From contig JBFWJC010000007.1 in the NCBI GenBank assembly GCA_050253415.1, forward strand, positions 67,879-131,878: a DNA stretch of 64,000 bases. Direction: 5' to 3'. Shown in pieces: positions 48,226 through 57,323 of the stretch (within the stretch, counting starts at the first letter, position 1; every line of letters begins with the position of its first letter). Source of the stretch: Pedobacter sp. (GTDB lineage: Bacteria; Desulfobacterota; Desulfuromonadia; Desulfuromonadales; Syntrophotaleaceae). The notes beneath the pieces were generated by a model. It was given only the letters and a program-made list of their open reading frames with translations, had not been told where the DNA came from and made no database searches. The position numbers and the translations under genes were made by a program.

Positions 48226-48669
48226 TTGACCTACGCCGAAATCGAAGATGCCGCCCTGACCCTGCTCGCTCCACTCAAAGCCGACCATGGCGTACGCACC
48301 CTGGAGAGCTACGGCGGCGAGTTTTCGCCCGACAGCTTCGGCCAGGTGACGGTTAACTATCCGGCCGTGTATGTCTGCATCCCCAGCCTGGACAGCGAAA
48401 AAGCCAACCAGGATGACAAACGGCACGCGATCGTCGAGGTGTATGCCGCCTCTCGCAATCTGCGCGGCGAGGCCGCAGCCCGGCGTGGCGACAGTCAAAA
48501 CAGCGGAGCCTATGCCCTGATCGAAGCGGCCCGCGCCAAACTCAACCGGCAGACTCTCCCGGGCGCCGGGCAGCTGATCCTCAAGCGGGAACGGCTGGTC
48601 GGCTACAGCAAAGTGCTGTCTTTGTGTGTCATGAAGGCAGAATTCGAACTCTCATTCAGGAGCAACTGA
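48226..48669 (+). CDS. Mu gp37-like neck/tail completion protein
   Basis: IEDA....L, ESYGGEF, PAVYV, NLRGE..AR.G. Confidence 0.75.
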   Translation: MTYAEIEDAALTLLAPLKADHGVRTLESYGGEFSPDSFGQVTVNYPAVYVCIPSLDSEKANQDDKRHAIVEVYAASRNLRGEAAARRGDSQNSGAYALIEAARAKLNRQTLPGAGQLILKRERLVGYSKVLSLCVMKAEFELSFRSN

Positions 48670-48670
48670 C

Positions 48671-49459
48671 ATGCCTCAGAATAATGCAGTACAGACCCGT
48701 TACTACTCCGGCCAGGGAATTGTCCTGGTAGCGGAGCTTGACAGCAACAACGTGCCTTTGGGGTTTCGAAATATCGGCAACGTGCCGGATCTGAAACTGG
48801 CCATCGAAGTGGAAGTGGAGGAGAAAAAGGAGTCGAGCACCGGACAGCGCGCCACGGTATTGCGGTTGGAAAAGGAAAAGAAAGCCTCGTTTTCGGCGAC
48901 GCTTGAGGATCTCAGCAAAGAGACGCTAGCCATGGCGCTGCGTGGCACGGCTGCCGCAGTCACGTCGGGGGGTGTTGAAGATGAGGCGATCGTGGCGCGC
49001 CTTGGCCTGACCGTGCCCCTGGAACACCCCGGCGTAAGCAATGTGGTCGTGACCAGCAGCGACGGCCTCACCACCTATGAGCTGGATAAAAACTACACCA
49101 TCAACGCCGAGGCCGGCTCCATCAATATCCTTACCGACGCGGCCCAGACCGTCGCCGGTGCAGCCGCCAATATCGCCGATGCGGACGCCCTGCTGGTCGA
49201 TTACGACCATGTCGCCTACGACAAGATCGATGCTTTGACCTCGGCCAGCAAATACTATGCACTGCGTTTTGAGGGGCTCAACACCGCCGACAGCAACAAG
49301 GCGGTAATCGTCGAGATCTTCCGCATCAGCGCCGACCCGCTCAAGGAATTGGCCCTGATAAACGATGAAACGGCAGCCATGACGCTGGATGGCTCGATCA
49401 TGGCGGACCTGACCCGCACGGTCGGAAGCCAGTTTTTCCGCGAGAAGATCGTCAGCTAA
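48671..49459 (+). CDS. Major tail tube protein (siphophage type)
   Basis: YYSGQG.V, R.IGNVP.L.L, ES.TG.R, LRFEGLNTA. Confidence 0.75.
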   Translation: MPQNNAVQTRYYSGQGIVLVAELDSNNVPLGFRNIGNVPDLKLAIEVEVEEKKESSTGQRATVLRLEKEKKASFSATLEDLSKETLAMALRGTAAAVTSGGVEDEAIVARLGLTVPLEHPGVSNVVVTSSDGLTTYELDKNYTINAEAGSINILTDAAQTVAGAAANIADADALLVDYDHVAYDKIDALTSASKYYALRFEGLNTADSNKAVIVEIFRISADPLKELALINDETAAMTLDGSIMADLTRTVGSQFFREKIVS

Positions 49460-49495
49460 CCCGTTTTCAATCCATCTTTAACGAGGCGTTAAACC

Positions 49496-49831
49496 ATGCG
49501 TAAATCGAAGGATATCACGGTTGCAGAGCGGAAAATCACAGCCGAGGAGCTGACTGTCGAACAGGTGACCAACATCATGGACGGCCTGCAGACCGCGACC
49601 ACCGACGCGTTTGATCTGCTGTTCCCTGACCGGCTGCCGAGTGTCGCGGTATGTCAGTCCACCGGCCTGACGGTTGTGGAGCTTAAGGGAATGGCGCCCT
49701 CCGAGTTGGACGCGATTTGGAAGGCGACGGAGGAGGTGAACTCTTTTTTCGTCGCGATGGTGGGGAGGCTGTCGTCTCTCGGCGCGGCCGCCCTGGCCGC
49801 CGGGGATCTTTCCGCCATGACATTGAAATAG
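49496..49831 (+). CDS. Tail assembly chaperone (G); -1 frameshift extends it to 49941 (GT)
   Basis: Position before the tape measure gene. Slippery T TTT TTC at 49744-49750. The -1 frame is open to 49941. Confidence 0.75.
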   Translation: MRKSKDITVAERKITAEELTVEQVTNIMDGLQTATTDAFDLLFPDRLPSVAVCQSTGLTVVELKGMAPSELDAIWKATEEVNSFFVAMVGRLSSLGAAALAAGDLSAMTLK

Positions 49832-49924
49832 CCTGCTGCCAGTTGATGGCGGCAGGCTGTCAGACCCCATGGAGCTGGGGCTGGGCGTTTTTTGAAACGG
49901 CATGTCAGGAACTGCCAAAAATCA

Positions 49925-50137
49925 TCAGCGGGAAAGACTGACCAAAAATGCGCCGGCGGCCACCATCAGCAAAACAAACAGCGCGATCACCACGGCCGCC
50001 CCGATAATCGGACCGATAAAACCGAAGATCGCGGCGGCGCTTTTTTCATCGAGAGTCAGCCAGGCGGACAGGCCGCCGCCGATCAACACGGTCAGCACGT
50101 TGGGCCAGCCCCAGTTTTTTGGGAGCAGCTTTTTCAT
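49925..50137 (-). CDS. Small two-TM membrane protein (antisense moron)
   Basis: 70-aa, highly hydrophobic ORF between the chaperone and tape measure genes. Confidence 0.5.
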   Translation of the reverse strand: MKKLLPKNWGWPNVLTVLIGGGLSAWLTLDEKSAAAIFGFIGPIIGAAVVIALFVLLMVAAGAFLVSLSR

Positions 50138-50159
50138 ACTTTAATTCTTAACAGAAACC

Positions 50160-53100
50160 GTGGCCATGGCAAACGATAAGGTCAAAATCGAGATTACGGC
50201 GGATCCGGCCGGGCTTAAAAATGGGGTCAAGGTCTCGCTGCAGGAGCTTGGCAACCTCGGACGCGGCTACGAGCGTTTGCGCAAAAGCCAGAGCAAACTC
50301 GGCTCGGCCCGGGAGCTGCTCGATGTGCGGCCGGCCCAGCAGATCCGCCGCGAGATCGATCAACTGAATGCGGCCTACAACCGGCTGAAGCGTTCCGGCA
50401 AGCTCAGCGCCCAGGAGCTGTACCGCGCCCAGCTGCAGCTGCAGCGCAAGACTGCCGATCTCAAAGCCGAAACCAACGGCTGGGCCGAGTCGATATCATC
50501 GGCTCGGGCCGGGTTGGCCGCTCTGGCCGTGGTCGGTTATGGCGTCATCAAATCGCTGGGTGCTTATGGCGAATTCGCCCAGCGCATGGCCGAGGTCAGT
50601 ACCCTTAGCGATGCCGGGGCCGAAAGCATGGCAGCGATGTCGCGGGAGGTGATCAACCTGTCGCGCAACGTACCGCAGACTGCCAGTCAACTGGCGGCGG
50701 CGCAGTACGACATCCTCTCTGCTGGCGTCTCCCTGGAACGCTCCATGGGCGTACTGGAGCTGTCGAGCAAGGCGGCGACGGCCGGCGTGACCGACACCAA
50801 GACCGCTGTCAATGCGGGATTGGGTGTACTTAACGCCTATGGCCTGTCAGTTGGCGAGTTGGGTGACGTCTATGACGCGCTGTTTATGACGGTGAAGCTG
50901 GGCGTGACCACGTTCCCCCAGCTCAGCCAGCATTTGGGCGAAGCCCTACCCACCGCCAAAGCAGCCGGGGTTGGCTATCGTGATGTGGCGGCGGCCGTGG
51001 CGGCCATGACCAAGGCGGGGATTCGCACACCGCAGGCGGTCACCGCGCTAAAAGGGGCGATCAACTCTCTGGCTGCGCCGACTGCTGAAGCCAAGAAGCA
51101 GCTGCAGGGCATGGGCATCGAGTGGCGCGGCTTGCTTCCGACCCTGGAGCAGATCGCCGCCAAAAATCTCTCCATCGACCAGATGCGTTTGCTGATCCCC
51201 GATGTCGAGGCGCGAACCGGCGTGCTGGCCCTGACGCAAAATCTCAGCGGACTGCGGGACATCATGGAAAAGGTGCACCAGGCATCGGGAGCCATGCAGG
51301 AAGCCTACGACAAGATGGCCGACACCCCTGAGGCACAGATCCAGCTGCTTAAGAACGAAATTAACGCCATTACTCTGGCCGCCGGAGCGATGCTCTCTAA
51401 GGGGCTATTGCCGGTAGCCAAGGTGATTAAAGCGGTTCTGCAGTCCTTCAATGAAATGGACGGTGTGTCCAAGGTTTTTGTGGGCCTCCTGTTGTCTGCC
51501 GGTGCGGTGTTTGTACTCTGGCATATGGGCTTGGGCAAGATCGTGTTTGGGCTTAAGGGAATGGGTTTGGCCATGCATGCATCGCGCGCCAAAATACTGG
51601 CCTGGATGGCCGCCAGCAAGGGCGCCACATTGGCCATGCAGGGGTTGACCGCTGCCGTGATCATCTGGGCGGCGATCAAACTGACCCAGGCGATCAATGA
51701 GTATTTCAAGATGCGCGAAGCGATCAAAGAGGCCGAAGCGGCGCAGAAACGCTTGCTGGAAGCGACCGGCAAGATCAAGAAGAAATTCGAAGAGTTCAAG
51801 GACGTGGAGATCCCCAAAGATCTAACCGGCAAAACTCAGGAGGAACTTCAAGAGTTAATGAGGAAGTTGGCCGGGGCCAAGGCCCACTGGACAGCTTTGC
51901 AGATGGAACTGTCGGAAAAGGCCAAAGCAACCACCTGGCTTGGCAATCCTACCGAAGAGGCAAAGGTCGCGCAGAAGGAACTGGGGCGGGCGGAATCGCG
52001 GGTGCGGCAACTGATCGGTGCGGTAGGCCAAGTGCAGACAGCGATGCAAGGCCAGAGCCAAAAGACCGCCGAGGTCGGCAGGATCGGGCAGGAAGTCTAT
52101 CGGGAGCTGGCCGACGAAGCCAAGAAGAGCTACGAAAAACAGATCAAAGAGGCGGAAGCCTGGGCGGCCAAAGTCATCGATCTGGATGAGAAGATCCGTC
52201 AGCAGCGCATGTCTACCGAGGACAAGCTGCGTGCCCTGGCTCAAAAAGGCATGACCGATGAACAGCGCCAGCAAGATAACCAGGCGCTAGGCGACGAGAA
52301 GAGCGGCGCGGCCCGTCAGGAACTGGCGGCTGCCCAGGCCGCCTACATCGATGCGCAGGCCAAACGCACCGCCGCGCGCCAGGCCATGCTTGAGGTGCAG
52401 GCCGCTTTGGCTGAGGGCGATGCTACTGCCCTGGCCGCTGCCCGCGCAGCCGCCGAGGAAGCCACCCAACAAGCCGAACAGGCAACCGCTGCCACCGAGC
52501 AGCATTTCACCCGGGCCAACGAGCTGGCCCAGCAGGCCGAGAGTGCCTACAGCCAGCTGGCCACCGAGGTTAAAAGCGGCGATCGGGTGGTGGTCAGCCT
52601 GCAGCAAGGCGTCGATGCGGCACGCAGCGGCGTGGCCGAAGTCGGGCAGCTGCAGGCGCAGATCCTCCAAACGCAGCGCGATCAGGCCGCCGGTTTTGCC
52701 CAGACCGCGCTGGCGGCAGCCGGCGAAGCCAAGCAGGCGTTTGAACAATTCAGCAACCAAACGATGGAAGTCACCATCGAGACCCCCAACCTTGACCAGG
52801 TACGCAGCCAACTGGCGGTGCTGGCCAAGCCTGTCACCAAGGTGGTCACCATCAAGACCGTCGAAGCGCACGCAACTGGCGGGCCGGTCGGCGGGTATGT
52901 GCGCATGAGTCGAGGCGGCCGCCTGCCGGGTACCGACAGCAAGATCGACAAGGTGCCAGTGCTGGCGCGCCCGGGCGAGTGGTTTATCCGCAACGAGGCG
53001 GTGGCCGCCTGGACGCGTTCCATGGGCAGCGGTTTTATGCACGCGATCAACGCGCCCTGGAGCGGCGCCGGGCAAAAGCTGATGGCCGGACTACGCGGTT

Positions 53101-53315
53101 TTAAAGCGCCGCAGGTCAGCGCGCCCCGCGTATCCGTGCCGAGCATCGGGCCGCTGCGTTTTGCGACCGGCGGAGCGGTGCCTGGCGGTGCTGCAGCTGT
53201 ATCCATGGGCACCCTCAGTCTGATGCTAGGAGGCGACAGTGTCGAGGTCAGTGCGCCGGTGTCGGAGCTTGACCGCCTGAATCAGATGATCAAACGGGCC
53301 CGGAGGACATCATGA
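50160..53315 (+). CDS. Tail tape measure protein (TP901-like domain)
   Basis: 1051 aa, Ala-rich helical. F...MAEV.TL, G.TTF.QL, C-terminal A.GG..G....D.VP....PGE. Confidence 0.92.
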   Translation: MAMANDKVKIEITADPAGLKNGVKVSLQELGNLGRGYERLRKSQSKLGSARELLDVRPAQQIRREIDQLNAAYNRLKRSGKLSAQELYRAQLQLQRKTADLKAETNGWAESISSARAGLAALAVVGYGVIKSLGAYGEFAQRMAEVSTLSDAGAESMAAMSREVINLSRNVPQTASQLAAAQYDILSAGVSLERSMGVLELSSKAATAGVTDTKTAVNAGLGVLNAYGLSVGELGDVYDALFMTVKLGVTTFPQLSQHLGEALPTAKAAGVGYRDVAAAVAAMTKAGIRTPQAVTALKGAINSLAAPTAEAKKQLQGMGIEWRGLLPTLEQIAAKNLSIDQMRLLIPDVEARTGVLALTQNLSGLRDIMEKVHQASGAMQEAYDKMADTPEAQIQLLKNEINAITLAAGAMLSKGLLPVAKVIKAVLQSFNEMDGVSKVFVGLLLSAGAVFVLWHMGLGKIVFGLKGMGLAMHASRAKILAWMAASKGATLAMQGLTAAVIIWAAIKLTQAINEYFKMREAIKEAEAAQKRLLEATGKIKKKFEEFKDVEIPKDLTGKTQEELQELMRKLAGAKAHWTALQMELSEKAKATTWLGNPTEEAKVAQKELGRAESRVRQLIGAVGQVQTAMQGQSQKTAEVGRIGQEVYRELADEAKKSYEKQIKEAEAWAAKVIDLDEKIRQQRMSTEDKLRALAQKGMTDEQRQQDNQALGDEKSGAARQELAAAQAAYIDAQAKRTAARQAMLEVQAALAEGDATALAAARAAAEEATQQAEQATAATEQHFTRANELAQQAESAYSQLATEVKSGDRVVVSLQQGVDAARSGVAEVGQLQAQILQTQRDQAAGFAQTALAAAGEAKQAFEQFSNQTMEVTIETPNLDQVRSQLAVLAKPVTKVVTIKTVEAHATGGPVGGYVRMSRGGRLPGTDSKIDKVPVLARPGEWFIRNEAVAAWTRSMGSGFMHAINAPWSGAGQKLMAGLRGFKAPQVSAPRVSVPSIGPLRFATGGAVPGGAAAVSMGTLSLMLGGDSVEVSAPVSELDRLNQMIKRARRTS

Positions 53316-53692
53316 CTACCCTCGAAACGATCGAACTGCCCGGATTGGTATGGGCCGATGAATTCGACTGGCGCGGCGTCGTGTGTGAGGCGGCTGCCGG
53401 TGTCAATGGCAACCTGATTGTGCAGCAGGCGCCGCTCTCCGGAGGGCGCCCGGTGACTCTGCAAGGCGACGCGGAAACAGGCTGGTTGCAGCGCTCGGAT
53501 CTGCTGGCGCTGCAAGCTTTATCCGGCGTGGCGGATGCGACCTACACCCTGAACTACAACGGCACGGACTACACGGTGCGTTGGCGGCATGAGGACGCAC
53601 CGGTCATTGCTGCTACGCCGATCGTCGGCAGGGAGAATGCTGCCGGAGGCGACTACTATCACAACATCACCCTGAAGCTGATCACGGTCTGA
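53312..53692 (+). CDS. Distal tail-like protein
   Basis: L.W.DEF.W, G.L.VQ.....GRP.TL, LKLITV. Confidence 0.65.
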   Translation: MTTLETIELPGLVWADEFDWRGVVCEAAAGVNGNLIVQQAPLSGGRPVTLQGDAETGWLQRSDLLALQALSGVADATYTLNYNGTDYTVRWRHEDAPVIAATPIVGRENAAGGDYYHNITLKLITV

Positions 53693-53693
53693 C

Positions 53694-56138
53694 ATGGGCA
53701 CAACCATTGAAATCGAAAACGCTGCGCTGGAATGGATCGATGTGACCGCCTTGATCGAGGAGCTGGACGACGGCACCGACGATGCCGACCAGGTCATCCC
53801 CGAGATCAGCGTCAGCTTCCGCAAATTGCCGAGCGATGCGGATCTTTACAATCCGTCACTCAACAAATACCGCGCGCGGATCCGCGTGACCGAAGATGGG
53901 GCCGCCACCTACTACCTGATGGAACGACCCCAGGGCAACATCGTGCGCAGCCTCGACAGCAAAAGTTTGTACGGCCGAGCCTGGGCAGGCGTGCTTGACA
54001 ACCTACGCCCTGCCAGTTGGGAATGGGCGGAGGATACCCGTTGCAGCGTAATCTGCGCCCAGATTGCGCACCAGGATGTCGCCAACCAGGGCGGCATCAC
54101 GGTGGGTGTGAGTTGGCAGGCCAGCATCGACCCGAGTATCCCCGGCGGCCGCTACAGTGTCAGCCGTGTCGATCGCCGGCAGGTGATCGCCGAGGTGGCC
54201 CAGATGTGCGGTGCGCGGGTCCGTACCAGTCTGGATGGGCTGAGCCTGGAGGTTTATGACGCGCCGGCACGGGATGGCAGCGAGCCGGTGGTGCGGACCT
54301 ATACTGAAGCGTTCGCTCCGCTGAACTACGAGCTGCGACGGGTGGATCAGATCGCCAACTGCGTGCGCGTGATGGGCGAAAAACTAAACTACACCACTGC
54401 AGCTCTGCCGGTGGTCTCGGTGCAAGTGATCCCCGGTGCCATCGATGCCGATGGCGAGAGCGTCGCCAATGCGCGTGCGCGGGTCTACGACAGTGCCGGC
54501 GATCCGGTGCAGCACACCGCCATCGTGGATGAGGCGATCGCAGCCGGTAGCTATACGGAAATCCCGGTCAGCGGTTGTTTCAGCGTGCAGGGTGTATGGC
54601 TGAATGTGGGCACGGCGGAGGATCCGGTCAAAGGCACGCGGATCGATCCAGAGAGTTTCACCGCTTCAGTTATCACCGTACCAGCACAGGCTACGCAGTT
54701 GTTTATCGTCAGTTACACTCAAGCGCAGGCGGTCTCCTGGGGCAGCGCCCTGGTCACCAACGAGATCCGTGGCGAGGCGCAGGCCACTACCGGCCTGCAG
54801 GCCGTCAGCACCGATCAGCCGATCGGGCGGGTGGTGGGTGTGTACCGCGCCACGGATACCAACCGGGTTGGCACCAATTATTTCACCGGTGGCTCGGCGG
54901 TCGCCGGTGGCACCAGCATCATCCTGGGTATCAAACCCGGCGCGATCGGCACGGCGGTGATCGTCGATTATGACGAATTCGAAGCCTCGGCCTCGGTCAA
55001 CCTCTCCCCGGCCTCAAGCCTGTGTGATAGCGAGGGTTGGGCGCAGACCACAGTCGGCGCGGGTAATATCGTCGGTCTGGTGCAGATCATCGCCTCGGCG
55101 CTGGGGCAGGAAGGCCGAGCCGCTCTGTCGCTGCTCGGCGATGCGATCGGATCGCTGCAGGTCACTGCCGATCCGGACGCGCTGCGGGCCGAAATACGCG
55201 GTCAGATGTTTAGCACTCTGTACTCCGATGAGGTGGCCACCCTGCAGGCCAGCGGCAGCGATAAGTACATCGAGGTGGACAACCAGATTGCCAGCGTCGG
55301 GGATGTGGCTATCAGCGGCTACGGTGCGATTGCCAGTCGCTGGCAAAATGACGGCAGCACGCACCGCATCTATATCACGACCGATGCCCCGGTTGGCAGC
55401 AGCGTGGTGGCCGATTATTTTGGCACCGAATATGTCGATGAGGCCGACCAGACCTCCACAATCACCGCGATGGTGCTTACTGCCAGCGGTGATCCGGTCA
55501 CCGATGGCACGGAAGTTACCTTTGCCCTGGTGGGGTCGACCGGTGGAGCTACCCTATCAGCTACCAAGGCCGTGACCGCCGACGGTATTGTCAGTATCAC
55601 GCTGACGGCCAAATACGAAGCGACATTTTCGGTGCGGGTGACTGCTGGGCCGTATATTGCCAATGTGCAGATCGCCGTTGCCGAAAGCGTGACCCCAACG
55701 GACATCGGTACCAGTGAAACAGCAGATGGGACCGAATCAACCGGGCTTGCTAGCGGCGGAAGCAGCCCGGCAGACGGTGCAGGCAGCAAAGACTCCGAGG
55801 CCAAAACTGATCTCGAAGATGGCGAATATAAACGCGCCGACGGTCGAGTTTGTCATCTGGTGCTCAAGGATTGGGAAGACGCCAGCGGGAATATACGGGG
55901 CCGTCGTTTAGCAAAGGGCTGCGATGGGGTGTTGCCTTTTGCCAAAATCATTATCGACGGAGCGGTTGAGGTGACCACCGACGCCGAGGGTTACTTTTAT
56001 TTTTCTGTGGCTGCGGCCGGATCACACACAGCCACGTATAACAACATAGAGAAAACCTTTTCCGTCGCCGCCGGTGGCGATATGCGCTGGACGCCTGGAT
56101 CCTCTGATCGCTGGTATGAGGTTTGTCGCGATGAGTGA
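53694..56138 (+). CDS. Tail tip/hub protein with Ig-like (Big-1-like) domains
   Basis: Beta-rich repeats such as TITA.V....G.PV.DGT.VTF and T...G...ITLT. Confidence 0.65.
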   Translation: MGTTIEIENAALEWIDVTALIEELDDGTDDADQVIPEISVSFRKLPSDADLYNPSLNKYRARIRVTEDGAATYYLMERPQGNIVRSLDSKSLYGRAWAGVLDNLRPASWEWAEDTRCSVICAQIAHQDVANQGGITVGVSWQASIDPSIPGGRYSVSRVDRRQVIAEVAQMCGARVRTSLDGLSLEVYDAPARDGSEPVVRTYTEAFAPLNYELRRVDQIANCVRVMGEKLNYTTAALPVVSVQVIPGAIDADGESVANARARVYDSAGDPVQHTAIVDEAIAAGSYTEIPVSGCFSVQGVWLNVGTAEDPVKGTRIDPESFTASVITVPAQATQLFIVSYTQAQAVSWGSALVTNEIRGEAQATTGLQAVSTDQPIGRVVGVYRATDTNRVGTNYFTGGSAVAGGTSIILGIKPGAIGTAVIVDYDEFEASASVNLSPASSLCDSEGWAQTTVGAGNIVGLVQIIASALGQEGRAALSLLGDAIGSLQVTADPDALRAEIRGQMFSTLYSDEVATLQASGSDKYIEVDNQIASVGDVAISGYGAIASRWQNDGSTHRIYITTDAPVGSSVVADYFGTEYVDEADQTSTITAMVLTASGDPVTDGTEVTFALVGSTGGATLSATKAVTADGIVSITLTAKYEATFSVRVTAGPYIANVQIAVAESVTPTDIGTSETADGTESTGLASGGSSPADGAGSKDSEAKTDLEDGEYKRADGRVCHLVLKDWEDASGNIRGRRLAKGCDGVLPFAKIIIDGAVEVTTDAEGYFYFSVAAAGSHTATYNNIEKTFSVAAGGDMRWTPGSSDRWYEVCRDE

Positions 56139-56796
56139 TATCCCTGACCAGGCAACCTTTTGCGATCCCGCCGAAGATGCGGAAAGAGTCGGAGAAATCC
56201 TGTTTTGCGATACGGCGGAAGATGCAAAAAGTGTTGGCGAACTGCGCTTTTGTGACAAGGAAGAACAGGACCAAACAGATTTACCAGGGGAATGCCAGGG
56301 GCTCGATGAACTGGAAATTGCAGGATCGGAAACCCCTGGAGTTGGAACCATATACGGGGCATCGGGTGGATTGCGCCCATACAGCTGGAGCATCAGCGCC
56401 GGGGTGATCGACGGAGGCGGCCGCGTCAACAGCCTCTCGGGCGCATGCGGAGCCGGATCGGTCACCGTCACGGACGCATGCGGAAACACCGCAACTATGG
56501 ATGTCCGGTTTCCCGACGGACAATGGGTGCTGAAAGAGTCGTGGACCAACCCATGTTACTGGTGGGCCGATGAAAAATACCTACATACCGAGGAGGTTAT
56601 ATCCGGTCACTCAAAGCATCACATCAATTTTTCGCACAAGGGAGTCGGGATGGATTGCGCAGCATGCGAGTGTATCGCCGGCTGGTGCTGCGATAGTAGC
56701 ACGACATTTTTTGATTATTTCGGAATTCCCGGTGACGGCACCGAGGTGAGCATCTACCCGTCACTGGCCTCTATTTACGCGTGGGAATGCCCATGA
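56131..56796 (+). CDS. Cys-rich tail-associated protein
   Basis: Three FCD repeats, GG..PYSWS Ig-like segment, Cys-rich C-terminus. Confidence 0.55.
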   Translation: MSDIPDQATFCDPAEDAERVGEILFCDTAEDAKSVGELRFCDKEEQDQTDLPGECQGLDELEIAGSETPGVGTIYGASGGLRPYSWSISAGVIDGGGRVNSLSGACGAGSVTVTDACGNTATMDVRFPDGQWVLKESWTNPCYWWADEKYLHTEEVISGHSKHHINFSHKGVGMDCAACECIAGWCCDSSTTFFDYFGIPGDGTEVSIYPSLASIYAWECP

Positions 56797-57320
56797 AAAT
56801 TATAGCGGAGCGCATCGTTGACGGAGAGACAGCCGAGCAGATCGGCATCGATAAAAATTCGTACGGAAGCCGTCGCGAAACCATCGACCGCTATCTGGCG
56901 ACGACATCTGGACTATTTGACCGGGAAGGATACCTCGAGTGGTTAAGATCCGACCCGGCAGGATCCGTCGGGGCAAGCCGCATCGTTAAGGCAAGACAGG
57001 GTGAGGTCCGGCATGCCACACGGAGACGTACCGGGTCTGGGTGCGGATGCGGCCGGAGTATGCCGCCAGGGTTGGTGCAGCGTGTCGGCAGTCTGATGAC
57101 AACCCTCGGCAGGTGGGCGGTTGCAGGTTTTAGCTGCATGCCAAAAAAGGCATACCACGAACGGCTGAAAATCTGCGCGGCCTGCGAGGAATACACCTGG
57201 GCGAAAACATGCAGCGTTTGCGGATGCTTCATGCCGGCAAAAGCCAAACTCGCATCGATCGACTGTCCAAAACTTAAATGGCACGGCCCGCCGACAGAAG
57301 CAACCATCGCGGAGGTTTAA
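56793..57320 (+). CDS. Protein with C-terminal Cys-rich (DUF6171-like) domain
   Basis: RL.IC..C......C..CGCF...KA......CP..KW. Confidence 0.6.
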   Translation: MKIIAERIVDGETAEQIGIDKNSYGSRRETIDRYLATTSGLFDREGYLEWLRSDPAGSVGASRIVKARQGEVRHATRRRTGSGCGCGRSMPPGLVQRVGSLMTTLGRWAVAGFSCMPKKAYHERLKICAACEEYTWAKTCSVCGCFMPAKAKLASIDCPKLKWHGPPTEATIAEV

Positions 57321-57323
57321 CGA

